Positions 43,463 to 55,518 of a stretch of 64,000 bases of DNA are shown here, one piece after another (the stretch's first letter is position 1; the number at the start of each line of letters is the position of its first letter). The stretch is from Schizosaccharomyces osmophilus (lineage: Eukaryota). The stretch is taken from contig NC_079238.1 of assembly GCF_027921745.1 (NCBI RefSeq), positions 744,001-808,000 on the forward strand, read 5' to 3'. A model generated the notes under the pieces. It saw nothing but the letters and a program-made list of their open reading frames with translations, ran no database searches and was not told the DNA's origin. A program made the position numbers and the translations under genes.

Positions 43463-46400
43463 TCATTGATATTTGGAGTTTGCTGATGAAGAAGATCCCG
43501 AAAACTGAGAATACACACCGTCAAGTTTATCAAAGATCGATTTCATTGCCCCTTCAGCAGTATTCAGTTTTGACTTTGCATCCAATGCTTTCATCGTATC
43601 ACCATGGTTTCGATGAATTTTTGAATCTGTAAAGAGGTTTGGGGATCCCAGCATACCTTTTTCATCAAAATCAAGTGTGCAAAACCATATGAATCCCTCA
43701 AACCATTCATTCATAAGATTTGTCCATAAGAAGTAGCGAAAGTTGGGAGCCCTCGGTAGAATATCCTTCAACTTGGATTCCGATAAAAACTTCACAGCGT
43801 CGTCAGTGGATACTGACTCGTCGCTAATTTTTTTAAACACTGGAAGTGTAAACTGAGATATAGTTGCTAAAATAGCCTCCATCTCAAGTTTTGAATGCCA
43901 TGACTGAAACCATGCTTTTGTTGGGCACCAAGAATTAGCAGTTGCCTCTAGATCTTTACCAAAAGGGTTGGAAGTGCATCTTTTGAACATTTCAGACTCA
44001 GACAGCCCCTCAGGAGCCTTCCCTCTTAACTTTTTAGACATAACCCTAGGCTCATGTAAGAATACGTCTTGTAGTACCGGAGGAACAGACAAGGAAATTA
44101 ACTTAGAAGATAAGTCGGAAGAACTGTTTGTACGGCTAGCGGATGACAAAAACACAAAATCTTTAAGCTCAGAATCCACTGAATTGACACTCGCAGCATT
44201 ATTTTCTGGCTTTGTTGTACTTGCTTCTGTCAGGGCTTCGCCGTTCTTGGCACTTTCGAGGAAAAATGATGATTTTCTTTCCTCACCTAAAGCTGAATCT
44301 AATGTCAGAGACCTCAAAGAAAGAAACTTATGTTGTAACCGCAATATAGAGTAAGAAAAATTTGGATTTTCCTGAAACTTGTTTTCTAATATGTTGGCGA
44401 ATGTTTGCAGTAAATATTCCAATAGTAAATGATTTCGCGGATTGCGCACAAGGAAACGTGGTGAAGAAAGAGAGAAGAAGAGGTGCATTAGTTTCGTACA
44501 GGTGGAAAAAGACAACTTTTCTAGAAATGGCGAAATGTTACATAACGTCAATAAAATCAATGGTGACAGACTACTGTGCGGTGATCCTTTGACTGCAGTA
44601 ATGTGAAAACTAGACTAAGAATATTAGAACACCTTACACGTAAAGTCGACTTACAACAATGATAAACTCTGCGTATGAGATGGAAGAGGGAATGGAGATT
44701 CCAAGAGAAGTCAACAGAGTCTGACTATTAAAACAAGGCTTGTTTAGTCTTTCGCACAAGACTTTCTCAGAAGATAAATAATGAACGATAAAAAGACATA
44801 GCCGAACCAAACCAGAATATTTAGGCTCATCCCTGTACCGTAAAGCGTAGAATTGAATAGCTACTAAAAAGTCTGAAGCGTAAGAAGAAGTAGTTAAATA
44901 AGCACGAAATCTCTAAAAAACATTGTCAGCAATGAAAAAAAAAGCTGCAGTCGTACATTGTTGTATAAAATTGCTTGCCAAGCGAGGAGAACAAGCTCTG
45001 GGAAATGAATAGAAGGTTTTTGTGACAAAGGTAGGTAAGAAGTGATAGGTAACTGAACATTAAGTAAACGGCAGCAATTATCAACCAGAAATTCGTAATC
45101 TTTCTGTAGGTGAAGCCGAGAAAAGTAAGCTCTGTATTGGTTTTCAACACAACTATCCAAAGGTAGATTATACCTTCGTAGAAAATAATGCGTGGATGCT
45201 TTTGGGGCTGTATAATCCCAAAATATAAGTAATATTTGACAAGCTAGTTTTGACAAAGGACCATTGACGTCGTTATACAGTAAATTGGAATATGCAACTT
45301 TCCTGCTTTCAGATCTCAGATTGATAGCCTACAACAAAGTTTGTTAACATATGGAGACTCGTTTAGTAAAATGTTACTTACCGTGTTTATGAGCGAGTAA
45401 AGAAAGATAAGACTAAACTGCTTGTTTGAAAAATAAGTCAAGTAAGTCAACGTATGAGAGTTGGAATCCTCATCTTGATAAACGCGTTTGGAGATTAAAA
45501 CCATGATTAAGCGGAGGACTTCAATTCGATTAGAAAGAATATCTTTTGGCAAATTTGATGCCGATTCTTGGGTGCCTATTCCTTTATCCCTAGCAAAAGT
45601 TTAGCAACGTTATCAGCAGATTTTGTTAGTTGCGTTTGTACATACCATATTCGATACGTGAACTGCTCTGGACTTTCTTCTGGAAGCGTAAATCCCCGAC
45701 AAAACATTAGATTACACAAGGTGTTTAGTAGTTCTTCCATCAATGTTTTCTCATATACGTATGATTTATCTAGGGAATTACTAGTTTCATGGTTGGAGAT
45801 CTCTTGGCCGGTTGGATCATTGGACGCCGGCCGTATAATCGAAGACAACGGATTCGCAGTGAAAGGTTCGTCAGGTTTGTCGTTTGCTGAAAGCTCTTTT
45901 TCAAAAGTAGAAGTAAAGCTTGCTAAATCTAATTCTGAGCTTTCCGTAGACATCACTTTTCTTTTACGCAAGCTCCACCAAAACTTTTGGTTCCATTGTT
46001 GCAAATTGGGCTGTTCATCCAGCAGCGGAATGATACGTGTAAGGACACGAATGCAATTCAAGGCATCATTTGCAGGAGCACTTTCTAAATTAGGAAAGTG
46101 CTTATTGTTTTTGAGCGCAAACAGTCGTGACGTTAACACAAGCAACAATTTCTCAATGTTTTCAAATTGAAGTTCACGTATTCTTCGAATAAGATCGGGA
46201 TTTAAAAAGCTGTACACCTCTGCAGCACTTTCCGGTATATTCCAAAACTACATAATTCGCGAATTAGCCAAACACATTTCCTGCACCCCTAGCAACTTTA
46301 TACTTACAGATACCCAAACATCATCATCTAAAGGAATGGCCTAACGCACGTTAGCAGTCCATAACATTTTCTTCTTGAGCATTGTACATACTGAATCATC

Positions 46401-46496
46401 GGCAAGCCGTGCAATTCCCCGTTGGAAAGCCAATCTTGAACTTGTTAAAACTCGTTGCTGTTTCAATGCTTCTTACTTGGATTCTTGACCTCCCAT
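43463..46496 (-). CDS. ftp105: HID1/Ecm30-family protein, multi-exon
   Basis: MGGQES(K)LAFQ N-terminus from micro-exons (46496-46477, 46434-46392); ALNCIRVLTRIIP, NRIEVLRL and NISPF motifs in later exons. Not every junction resolved. Confidence 0.8.
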
Positions 46497-46971
46497 TTTC
46501 TTGTATAAACGCCAATTTTAGCGTTTTTCTTTAACAATGTCTACAACGAAGAATATTGCTCTTTCTTTCGATTGTCATTCCTACTGGATTTGGAATATAG
46601 AGAAATGGAAGGTGTTTAAACACGTTGTACTGCACAACGTTGGTAATGCTTAAACTAGATTATGCGCTTTACAGTACTATGGTATAATACATAATGTATA
46701 CTACTAGGATACAAAGCATTCCACTAATCAATAAATGAGAAAGATTCAAAAAATGATGGGGTTACTTTAAGATTGACATATATTTTTATAATTATAGTTA
46801 TTTTCTTTTATTTAGGTTTGACTCTTCTTTTTCTGCTTGGAAGTCTCGCTGATATAACTTGGAATCGCAAACGCGTCTACATCAAATAACGACTGATCGA
46901 CTAACCCCATTGTGCAAGGCCACAAAACCTACCAAGAACCAACTACGGCGGGCCAACTTGGAAACTCAAGA

Positions 46972-49119
46972 ATGTCGCTCACGGTAGCTCTTAAAGCAAA
47001 ACCTATTGCCTACAGTGCAATTGCTTTTGCTGAATTTGTAAACGCTTCTGGCCTAGGTCATATTGCTACTAAATTTGAAGATGTCAATCTGATTGACAAT
47101 GCCGACAAGGCAAGCAGCGTTGCTGTTGACTTAAATGGCAACAATAAAGTGTATGGATCCGAAAATGTCGTCAACAGTTTTCTTGAAAAGTTCCCCGATC
47201 TTTTTTTGGGAAAGAATGAAAAATCATCCGTTCAAACCTGGATTGAGTTAGCTGCTGCCTTGGCTCCTTCTCATAACTTTATGGAAGTTTCAAATTTGTT
47301 GGCACAATTAGATGACCATTTAATTATGCGCACTCTCTTTGTTGGTTATTCTTTAACCATTGCCGATATGGCTGTTTGGGGAGCTTTGAAGGCTAACAAC
47401 ATGGCTGCTGGTGCCGTCCGTACTGGTCAATATCATAATCTTGCTCGTTGGTATAGATATATGGATACTCAAAAGCCCTTTGCCGTTACTTTGGAAAACT
47501 TTACCAAGTCTGTTAATTCCAGCAAGAAGCAAAAATCTTCTGGTCCCAACTACGAAATTGGCCTTCCAGATGCTATAGATGGAAAGGTTGTTACCAGATT
47601 TCCTCCCGAGCCCAGTGGTTACTTGCACATTGGCCATGCTAAAGCTGCTCTCTTGAACGAGTACTTTGCCAAGAAGTATCACGGTAAGCTCATTGTTCGT
47701 TTTGATGACACCAATCCTAGCAAAGAAAATGCTGAATTCCAAGACTCGATTTTGGAAGATATTGCTTTGCTCGGTATTAAGCCCGACGTCATAACTTATA
47801 CCTCTGACTATATGGATAAAATCCACGATTTGTGTATTGAGATGATTAAGTCTGGCCATGCTTATGCTGATGACACCGAGGTTGAACAAATGCGTGCTGA
47901 GAGAAACGAAGGTATCCCTAGCAGATACCGCGAACGTCCCGTCGAAGAATCTCTTGCTGTTTTTTCTGAAATGGATAAGGGATCTGATTTAGGTTTGAAG
48001 AATTGCATCCGTGCTAAGATCTCCTATGAAAACCCCAACAAAGCTCTTCGTGATCCCGTAATTTATCGTTGTAACTTGTTGCCTCATCATCGCACTGGTA
48101 CCAAGTATAAAGCTTATCCTACTTATGACTTTGCTTGTCCAATTGTTGACTCTACTGAGGGCGTCACTCACGCTTTACGTACCACTGAATATCGTGATCG
48201 TAACCCCATGTATCAATGGATGTTGAAGGCTATGAACCTTCGCAAGGTCCACGTTTGGGAATTCTCTCGTATGAACTTCGTCCGCACTCTCCTTAGTAAG
48301 CGTAAGCTTACCGCCCTTGTTGACCATGGCTTAGTTTGGGGCTGGGATGATCCTCGTTTCCCTACTGTTCGTGGTGTCCGTAGACGCGGTATGACTATTG
48401 AAGCTTTGCAACAGTATATTATTTCTCAAGGTCCTAGTAAAAATATTTTGACTCTTGACTGGACTTCTTTCTGGGCTACTAATAAGAAAATAGTTGATCC
48501 AAATGCTCCTCGTCATACTGCTATTGCAGAAGAAGGACTTGTGAAAGCTACCCTTACTAACGGTCCTGAGGCTCTTTACACAAAAGACCGTCTCAAGCAT
48601 AAGAAGAACCCTAACTTGGGTAGCAGAGATGTTGTTTACTCTCGTGACATTTTGATTGAGCAAGCTGATGCTTCTGCTTTGAATAAGGATGAAGAATTTA
48701 CTTTGATGGACTGGGGTAATGCTTATGTTAGAGAAATTACTCATGACGTTTCCGGTAAAGTTACCGCATTGAAGTTGGAACTTCATTTGGAAGGTGACTT
48801 TAAGAAGACCGAAAAGAAGGTCACTTGGTTGGCTGATACCGGGGACAAAGTACTTGCTGATCTCGTCGATTTTGACTACTTGATTACTAAGGATAAGCTT
48901 GAGGAAGAAGATGATTACAAGAATTTCTTGACTCCTAAGACTGAATTCCACACTTCTGTTTATGCAGACAATGCTGTCAAGGACTTGAAGAAAGGAGATA
49001 TCGTTCAAATTGAGCGTAAGGGTTATTTCATTGTGGATTCTCCCTTCGATGGCAAGGGTATTTCTTTCTTCAACATTCCTGATGGCAAGACTGTCAACCG
49101 TTACGGAACAAAAAATTAA
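46972..49119 (+). CDS. gus1: Cytoplasmic glutamate-tRNA ligase
   Basis: GST-like N-domain, RFPPEPSGYLHIGH, LLSKRKL, WDDPRFPT. Confidence 0.96.
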   Translation: MSLTVALKAKPIAYSAIAFAEFVNASGLGHIATKFEDVNLIDNADKASSVAVDLNGNNKVYGSENVVNSFLEKFPDLFLGKNEKSSVQTWIELAAALAPSHNFMEVSNLLAQLDDHLIMRTLFVGYSLTIADMAVWGALKANNMAAGAVRTGQYHNLARWYRYMDTQKPFAVTLENFTKSVNSSKKQKSSGPNYEIGLPDAIDGKVVTRFPPEPSGYLHIGHAKAALLNEYFAKKYHGKLIVRFDDTNPSKENAEFQDSILEDIALLGIKPDVITYTSDYMDKIHDLCIEMIKSGHAYADDTEVEQMRAERNEGIPSRYRERPVEESLAVFSEMDKGSDLGLKNCIRAKISYENPNKALRDPVIYRCNLLPHHRTGTKYKAYPTYDFACPIVDSTEGVTHALRTTEYRDRNPMYQWMLKAMNLRKVHVWEFSRMNFVRTLLSKRKLTALVDHGLVWGWDDPRFPTVRGVRRRGMTIEALQQYIISQGPSKNILTLDWTSFWATNKKIVDPNAPRHTAIAEEGLVKATLTNGPEALYTKDRLKHKKNPNLGSRDVVYSRDILIEQADASALNKDEEFTLMDWGNAYVREITHDVSGKVTALKLELHLEGDFKKTEKKVTWLADTGDKVLADLVDFDYLITKDKLEEEDDYKNFLTPKTEFHTSVYADNAVKDLKKGDIVQIERKGYFIVDSPFDGKGISFFNIPDGKTVNRYGTKN

Positions 49120-49319
49120 ATAGAAAAATGGTGTACTAGATAATTTCTGAATAAAAAAGCAAGGTTTTGGTTGTACACAAATTCAAGTGCTATATAATTG
49201 GATAATCCCTAAATATTCATTTTAAAAGGAAACAGTCCATATGTAAACTAACAAAAATGCCAAAAAAATAAGGGCCATATCCAAGTCATGAAAAGATTGT
49301 ATTCATCGGAATTCTAGTT

Positions 49320-52300
49320 TTAAATTTGAACGTTGTTCAATTTTTTAGTAACTTCGTGCGTTTCAGAATCTGGGCGATTCGCTCTGCCTCCACGTTTACC
49401 ACCTCGTCCTCTCTGGTTCGGCGAATATGCGTTGGAATGACGATGGTAATTTGCTTGTGTGGGCTTTTTGTTTGACTTATTTGTGGAGTAATCAAAAGGC
49501 AAAGAAGGAACACTATGCAATGACTGGCCATTGGATGATCTTGATTCTGTGTTCTTGGCCCATGCACTAGAAGGAGGAGGAGGAGGAGGAGGATAAGCTG
49601 AGCTGTGTTCTGTTACAAGACGACTTGAAGGAGTTGACTTAGGATGAGATGGGGTAGTATTACTCACCGATTTGTTTTTTCTGGCGGATCCAGCACGGGT
49701 AGTAACGACAAACTGGGGTTCTGTGACGTTCAAAATCATAGAGGGTTCAACTTGCATTCCTCTATATGGAGAACATTTCCCGTCCAGGGTTGTACCACTC
49801 ATGAATGGTAAATCAAAAACAACATCAAGCTGATGAGAGGCGATACTGACAACCGTACCGTAAGCAGCTATGGGAACTTTACCAGAATCTTGAACATATA
49901 CGACACGATCACCCAAAGAGAATGTCTGACTGTGTAGCAAACTTTTAGTTTGACAAGGTTTCAATAAAGCATAACGGGGAACACCGAAAACTTTTCGAGG
50001 AACTTGATAAGTAGAATCAACAGATGCGGCTTTTTCTTCTACCATTTGAATACTTTCTGTATCCAATGCATCTTCATCCAAGGCGACTCGGTAAAGAGAG
50101 TTTATTTCTTTTTCTTTCATCCATGTCTTGACAGCTGTTAACTTTCCACCCTCTTCCTTAGGAAACAAATCATTAGCATTCACATTTTCTTTAGTGGCAT
50201 GGGTGGTTAGGATGTGAAATAACTGTGGAAAAGTATCCATATACTCCCTAATCAACAACACAGCTTTATCAGAAAACTCCCAGCCGGTACCACTTTTTCT
50301 TGAATATCCTAACACTTTCTGGTTTCGAGCATCGAACTTCAAATTCAAACCGATATTTTCTCTTTTATTGCCAACTGTAATGAGATAACTAGCCGTTATT
50401 TTACTTAAAAGCAGAGGATGTAAATTGAGCATTTTAGCAACCACGTAAGAGGGATAATACCTCTGCTTAGACTTGGAATCTTCCACAAGCATACGACCCC
50501 AAGTAGCATCCAAACCAGGGGCGGTTGATAACCAAATAGCCAACCTGTTGTTTTTACAACCAATCACCTGGGCAGGTCTGCCATAATTGTATTCGCCCAA
50601 ATGAAATGCCTTAGTACCTGAAGGATATTCGACGTCAAGAGGAGGAGCTTCTTTTTCAATAAAACGTGGATCGTCAATAGCAATTTTATCAACCACCAAC
50701 TGAATTGGATAGTCGTCTAAAACATTGTCATTAAAAGCTTTCACCAGAGCCCCTTCTTGGGTGTACTGTAAGCCTTTTATAGGGCGAACTTGTAACATAA
50801 GGCGCATATCACCAAAAAGCACGCCAAAACGCTTGTTATACTCTCTTCCTTTAGACGAGACCTTCCGTTCAAAAGACTTCTTTTCATATTCGTTTAATTC
50901 TCGTTGTTCTAGTTCACCATCGGTTATTTGGTAAACGACATTTCCATCCGCAGCACTTTCAACGAGAGCTTCACGTAAATATGGCCAGTCTACGAATATT
51001 CTTCGACCAATGTACTGAGCGGCAAGCTGTTCATTTGTCAACGCTTGCCTTTGGTCGTGAACGTCAACAATCACGCTCGGGTTTTTGCTCTCATTTCCAA
51101 AAACGTTTATGCCATGCAAGGAAAGTTCAGCTGTAATCTTCAAGGTGTGAAACGATGGGAATCCTACCATACCAAATGCACCTAAATATACTCCCGGGCA
51201 TAAACCAACCAAGTACTGTTTACCATCCATAGATGGCAGTTGGTACGGTCGCTCCACACATCTTGTAATCAAGTCGGGAAACACATAGGGCAATGAAGAA
51301 GGGAAGCTCGATGTGTAATTTTCAGCTAAAGTAAATACAGTCGGAGGTCTAAACATGTTGCGTTCGCGTTCGTTGTCCGTTAAAAGATTTTCTCGAGATC
51401 GCAAAGCATCCAAAAGCCGACGCTCATCAATGAATGGGATAATAACGACAGCTTCCCAACTAGCCGTTTTGCCATTCTGATCTAAAGTAAAATTCTCGGG
51501 GTAGAAATCTTTGATAGGAGATTCAGAGTTGAACATAAGTTCTCTAAAAGAAGGAGGAACCAATTCGCTGCTTTTAGATGGTAATACTGCCATCAATTGC
51601 TCAAAAGGACGGAATGGTGTACCCATCTCAAAATCAGTTTTTGCCCTCAAACCCTTTAAAACATCAGATATTTTGGGAGAATAATGATAATTATAATACC
51701 AACCCCATGATTGACAACCACGGTAGTAATAGAAGAGGACCCATTGTAAGCCTTCGACGTATCTTTGAGTCATATCCCGCAAAGCATCCTCGTTAAAATA
51801 GCTGAAGTGTACCTTGTCACGGTAATAGGCATCCTTCCATTGAATGAAATCATCTTCAACGCTAGCTTCTTGTTTAAGTTGATCTTCATGTAGTAAAGGA
51901 AGCTGATCATATTTCTGCAGGACTTTTTCAATTTCTTCTTGTTCGACTTCATCATCGCCCTCGAATGCCAAATCCTTGAAAGCAACTCTCACATTTTCGA
52001 TGCCATCCACTCTGGTTAGCTTAGCACAGGAGAGATGTAATTCGTTTGCAAGATGACGGATAAAACGTTGGTCGGCGGTGGATATATTAGGTGGAAAGTC
52101 TAAATAAAGGTCACGAGAAGACAAAAATTTGCGGATAGATGCATAAAATTGTTTCTGATTCACTGTAAGAGCTTTAATATCATCACTGAAAGTTTTAAGG
52201 TATTTTTGAAAATCAAAAGATTGTTTTTCGTTTGCTGGTTGCCTTTTAGACTCATAAACCTCAGAACGAAATACTTCTTTTTCAAAATTTTCAAGTTCCA

Positions 52301-53411
52301 GCAATATAAGTTCCAAGCGATCCATATTAATAACGCCGTGTTCATTGATGTAACCGCCAGCAGTTGGCATCACCTTCTTATAAATGTTAAACATTAAAGC
52401 CAAAGCACCTTCATTAATATGTAGACCGGGTAAATGAGGAAGAAAATCATTACCAACGAAAAATGCCAATAAAATAAAGTCATCAAGAATTCGCTCGAGA
52501 TCGTACTTAAAAGAAAAGGATGAACGACATTCCTGAAATTCAAATTCTAAATATTCTCTAAGGAGACTTAAATGTAACAAATAAAATTTCTGATTTGCCA
52601 GCTCCGTCGAACGACGTTTACTAGCTGGGCCAAAAGTAACCTCTTCTCTTAGTAAACAAAAGTGAGGATCGTGAGACAAGAGACCAAGCATAATTAAGTC
52701 TGCATCTAAACCATACAAGCAATGGCGTGTATTGGGATTATAATCTGGTTGAGCCTTTTGGGTACGAATATACTCCATAATTTTATGTTCACCTTCACCA
52801 GGAGTATCATGTCCAGAAAGGATAACCTGAATATTACTCCAATTGGAATCGTTGGTAATCTTTTTATGAATAAAATAATAGAGTTGACGCGACACTCGTT
52901 CCATAAATGTGGTTCCTGGGGTAATGCAATTACTATCAAAACGAGCCTCTGGAATCTCTTCGCCGTTTTTCTCTGCCTTTAAACGAGCATCATGAGCATC
53001 CTTGGCAGTTCGAAAACGCCGACTTCTCTGTTGATTCATCTTTGCTCTAGGAGCACAACCATCGACGGCCATATACAAAAGCTTTTTTGGCTTTATTTTT
53101 TCAAAAAGATGTTCAATGTAATTAAAAATAGCAATATACATTTCTTCTTCGGGAAGTGGAGGCGACGAATGATCATCATTTTTGTGCGTGCAATTGTGCA
53201 AGATACCGTTCATGTCCAAGTACATATTATCGAATCTGAATCACAGGTGTTAAAAAGTTTTCAATCAAGCATTCAATCTTCTCACATACTCTGGAATCCG
53301 ATCATTTTCAATTAATTGACTGCATAGCGGATATCTTTCGCTCATCCATCGAAAAAACTACTGTTAACATCATCCTTTTCAGCAAATATAACAAACCTTT
53401 GGAATTCCCAT
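49320..53411 (-). CDS. exo2: 5'-3' exoribonuclease Xrn1, 3 exons (53411-53397, 53357-53290, 53235-49320)
   Basis: Spliced start MGIPKFFRWMSERYP...FDNMYLDMNG; APRAKMNQQRSRRF, PGEGEHKI, GLDADL. Confidence 0.95.
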
Positions 53412-54544
53412 ATCTATTGAAGTATTTTATGCAAATAATTTGCGTAGTAAGGTAAATTAAAAATATATTATTAAATTTTGTTGTTTGTAAATGGCAGTTG
53501 TCAACATGAATCGTAATTAAATCAGCACTGCTTGTTTATGCCGCTGTAGATGTCAGTATATGATATACGGTATGAGTGCAAACTACGTAAGCTTTAATGA
53601 ACCGGCCTACGCTACAATTCAGTATTCGGTAAACATTACTCAATGGAACAAGAAAAAATTGTTTAAGAAGTGGATATGTTCATAGTTCTTTCCTTATGAG
53701 ATCGTGAAATTGTTGAAGATTCAACAAGAAAGAACCTTTGGACATTACGAATGGATCTGCACCATTCGATTGGGTCGCCTGCTTTGAAATCTGACACTCA
53801 AAATACTCCAATTTGATTACTTAGATGTATAGGCAAGAAATAATTAATAGAGTACGCAGACTACATAAAACAAAAATTTTATAAAGAGGAGAGCTTGCAG
53901 ATTTTAGAGTGAATAACATTGGGTAACTCGTAAACTGGTTGAACAATTAATATAGAAAAGGACTGGGTATGTAATATGAGAAGGGAAATGGGAAATTGAA
54001 TGGCCAACTAATCCAACAAAAACAAGCATTCGTCTAACCCCATTGAATAAATCACGGCAAACCCGATTTAGGGAGGATGATAAAACAAAAATACAGAAGT
54101 GTTGCCGCATCTGCAAACGCTGAAACATCAATCAATAAATTCATAAGACAATGAAAGACTTAGTCTTCGTATGCTCCAATGCCAACTACCCAAAAAAAGG
54201 CTTCAAAAAAGAATTGTAACTTGGTTGAACAAGATAAATATAGGGAAACCCTATAACTTTGCTCTTTCTTCTTTTCCGCAATAACAAAAATAACATAAAA
54301 GTAAACACTTGATCAGCAAGCAAGTCAGAAGAGATTACTACAGATACGTAAAGAAATATCCTTTTTGCTTCACAAACATGTCTAAACAATCCCTTTGTGA
54401 CCTGAAAATGACCAAAACCTATTGCCAATGCTAAAATAATAAACCGCAAAAAACCATTAAAAACGAAGCTGTTCATATGTGCATAGTTTGCTCTGGCAAT
54501 ACGCATGCGTTGGTTTTTATAAAAGGATATCCAAGTCCGTAATT

Positions 54545-55393
54545 TTAAATCTTTCCAATCAAGCGAAAGAACTCTTCACGAGTCTTGCTACTTCCCCGGA
54601 AAACGCCTGTCAAACTGCTCGTAACTGTACTGCTACCAGGCTTTTCCACTCCTCGCATCACCATGCACATGTGCGAAGCTTCCATGACAACAGCTACACC
54701 CTGTGGCTTCAGCACTGCTTGAACTGCTTGCGCTACCTGTTTGGTTAAACGCTCCTGAACTTGTAACCGGCGCGAAAACATGTCTGCAATTCTTGCAAGC
54801 TTAGATAAGCCCAAAACTCGTCTGCGAGGAATGTAACCAATATGAATCTAGAATGGAAATTAGCTCAACGCTCCGTAACTTCTATCGGCACTATTTATAA
54901 ATTAAGCCTATTACCTTTCCAGTAAAAGGAACCAAATGATGTTCGCATAAACTGAATACATCAATGTCTCTAACAATCACCATCTCGTCGTGATCTTCTT
55001 CGAAAACCGCATTGTTTATTACTTCACGTAAATTCACTTCATATCCTTTAGTGAAATAAAGCATTGCCTTTGCATAACGTTCTGGTGTACCGTACAATCC
55101 TTGTCGCTGAGGATCCTCACCTATACACGATAAAATCGTTCTGACAGCTTCAGAGATCGTTTGCACTTTTTGATCTTCTTCAGTTTCAATTCTCTCTTGA
55201 GTTCCTTGACCTATTTACATTAATTGTATGTCCATATGTAACCTATTGCTTTATAGACTTCTCTTCTCTAAATGAATTACTTACAAGGCCAGGACAAACC
55301 GTCCAAATCTAATGTTGGAGTCGATGCGCCTGATACTGATGCCGGCTGTATCCGTAATGGAGACCCTATATAATCTTTTTTGTTTGTTTCCAT
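54545..55393 (-). CDS. fol2: GTP cyclohydrolase I, 3 exons (55393-55285, 55210-54915, 54847-54545)
   Basis: [34 protein letters not shown] motifs. Confidence 0.94.
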
Positions 55394-55518
55394 TGAAATT
55401 GATTTTAATAAAAGAGAAATAAATTTGTAATTGAAAAGATCAAAAAGAACGATCACTGCGTGTCATGTTACTCGAAATAAGGGACTATAGTGAACCCGCA
55501 TTGGCACTCGGTAATAAA

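Noticed and set aside
46912..46971. GTG-initiated 20-aa extension of gus1
   Set aside because: Does not resemble a targeting peptide; ATG 46972 gives a normal-length protein.
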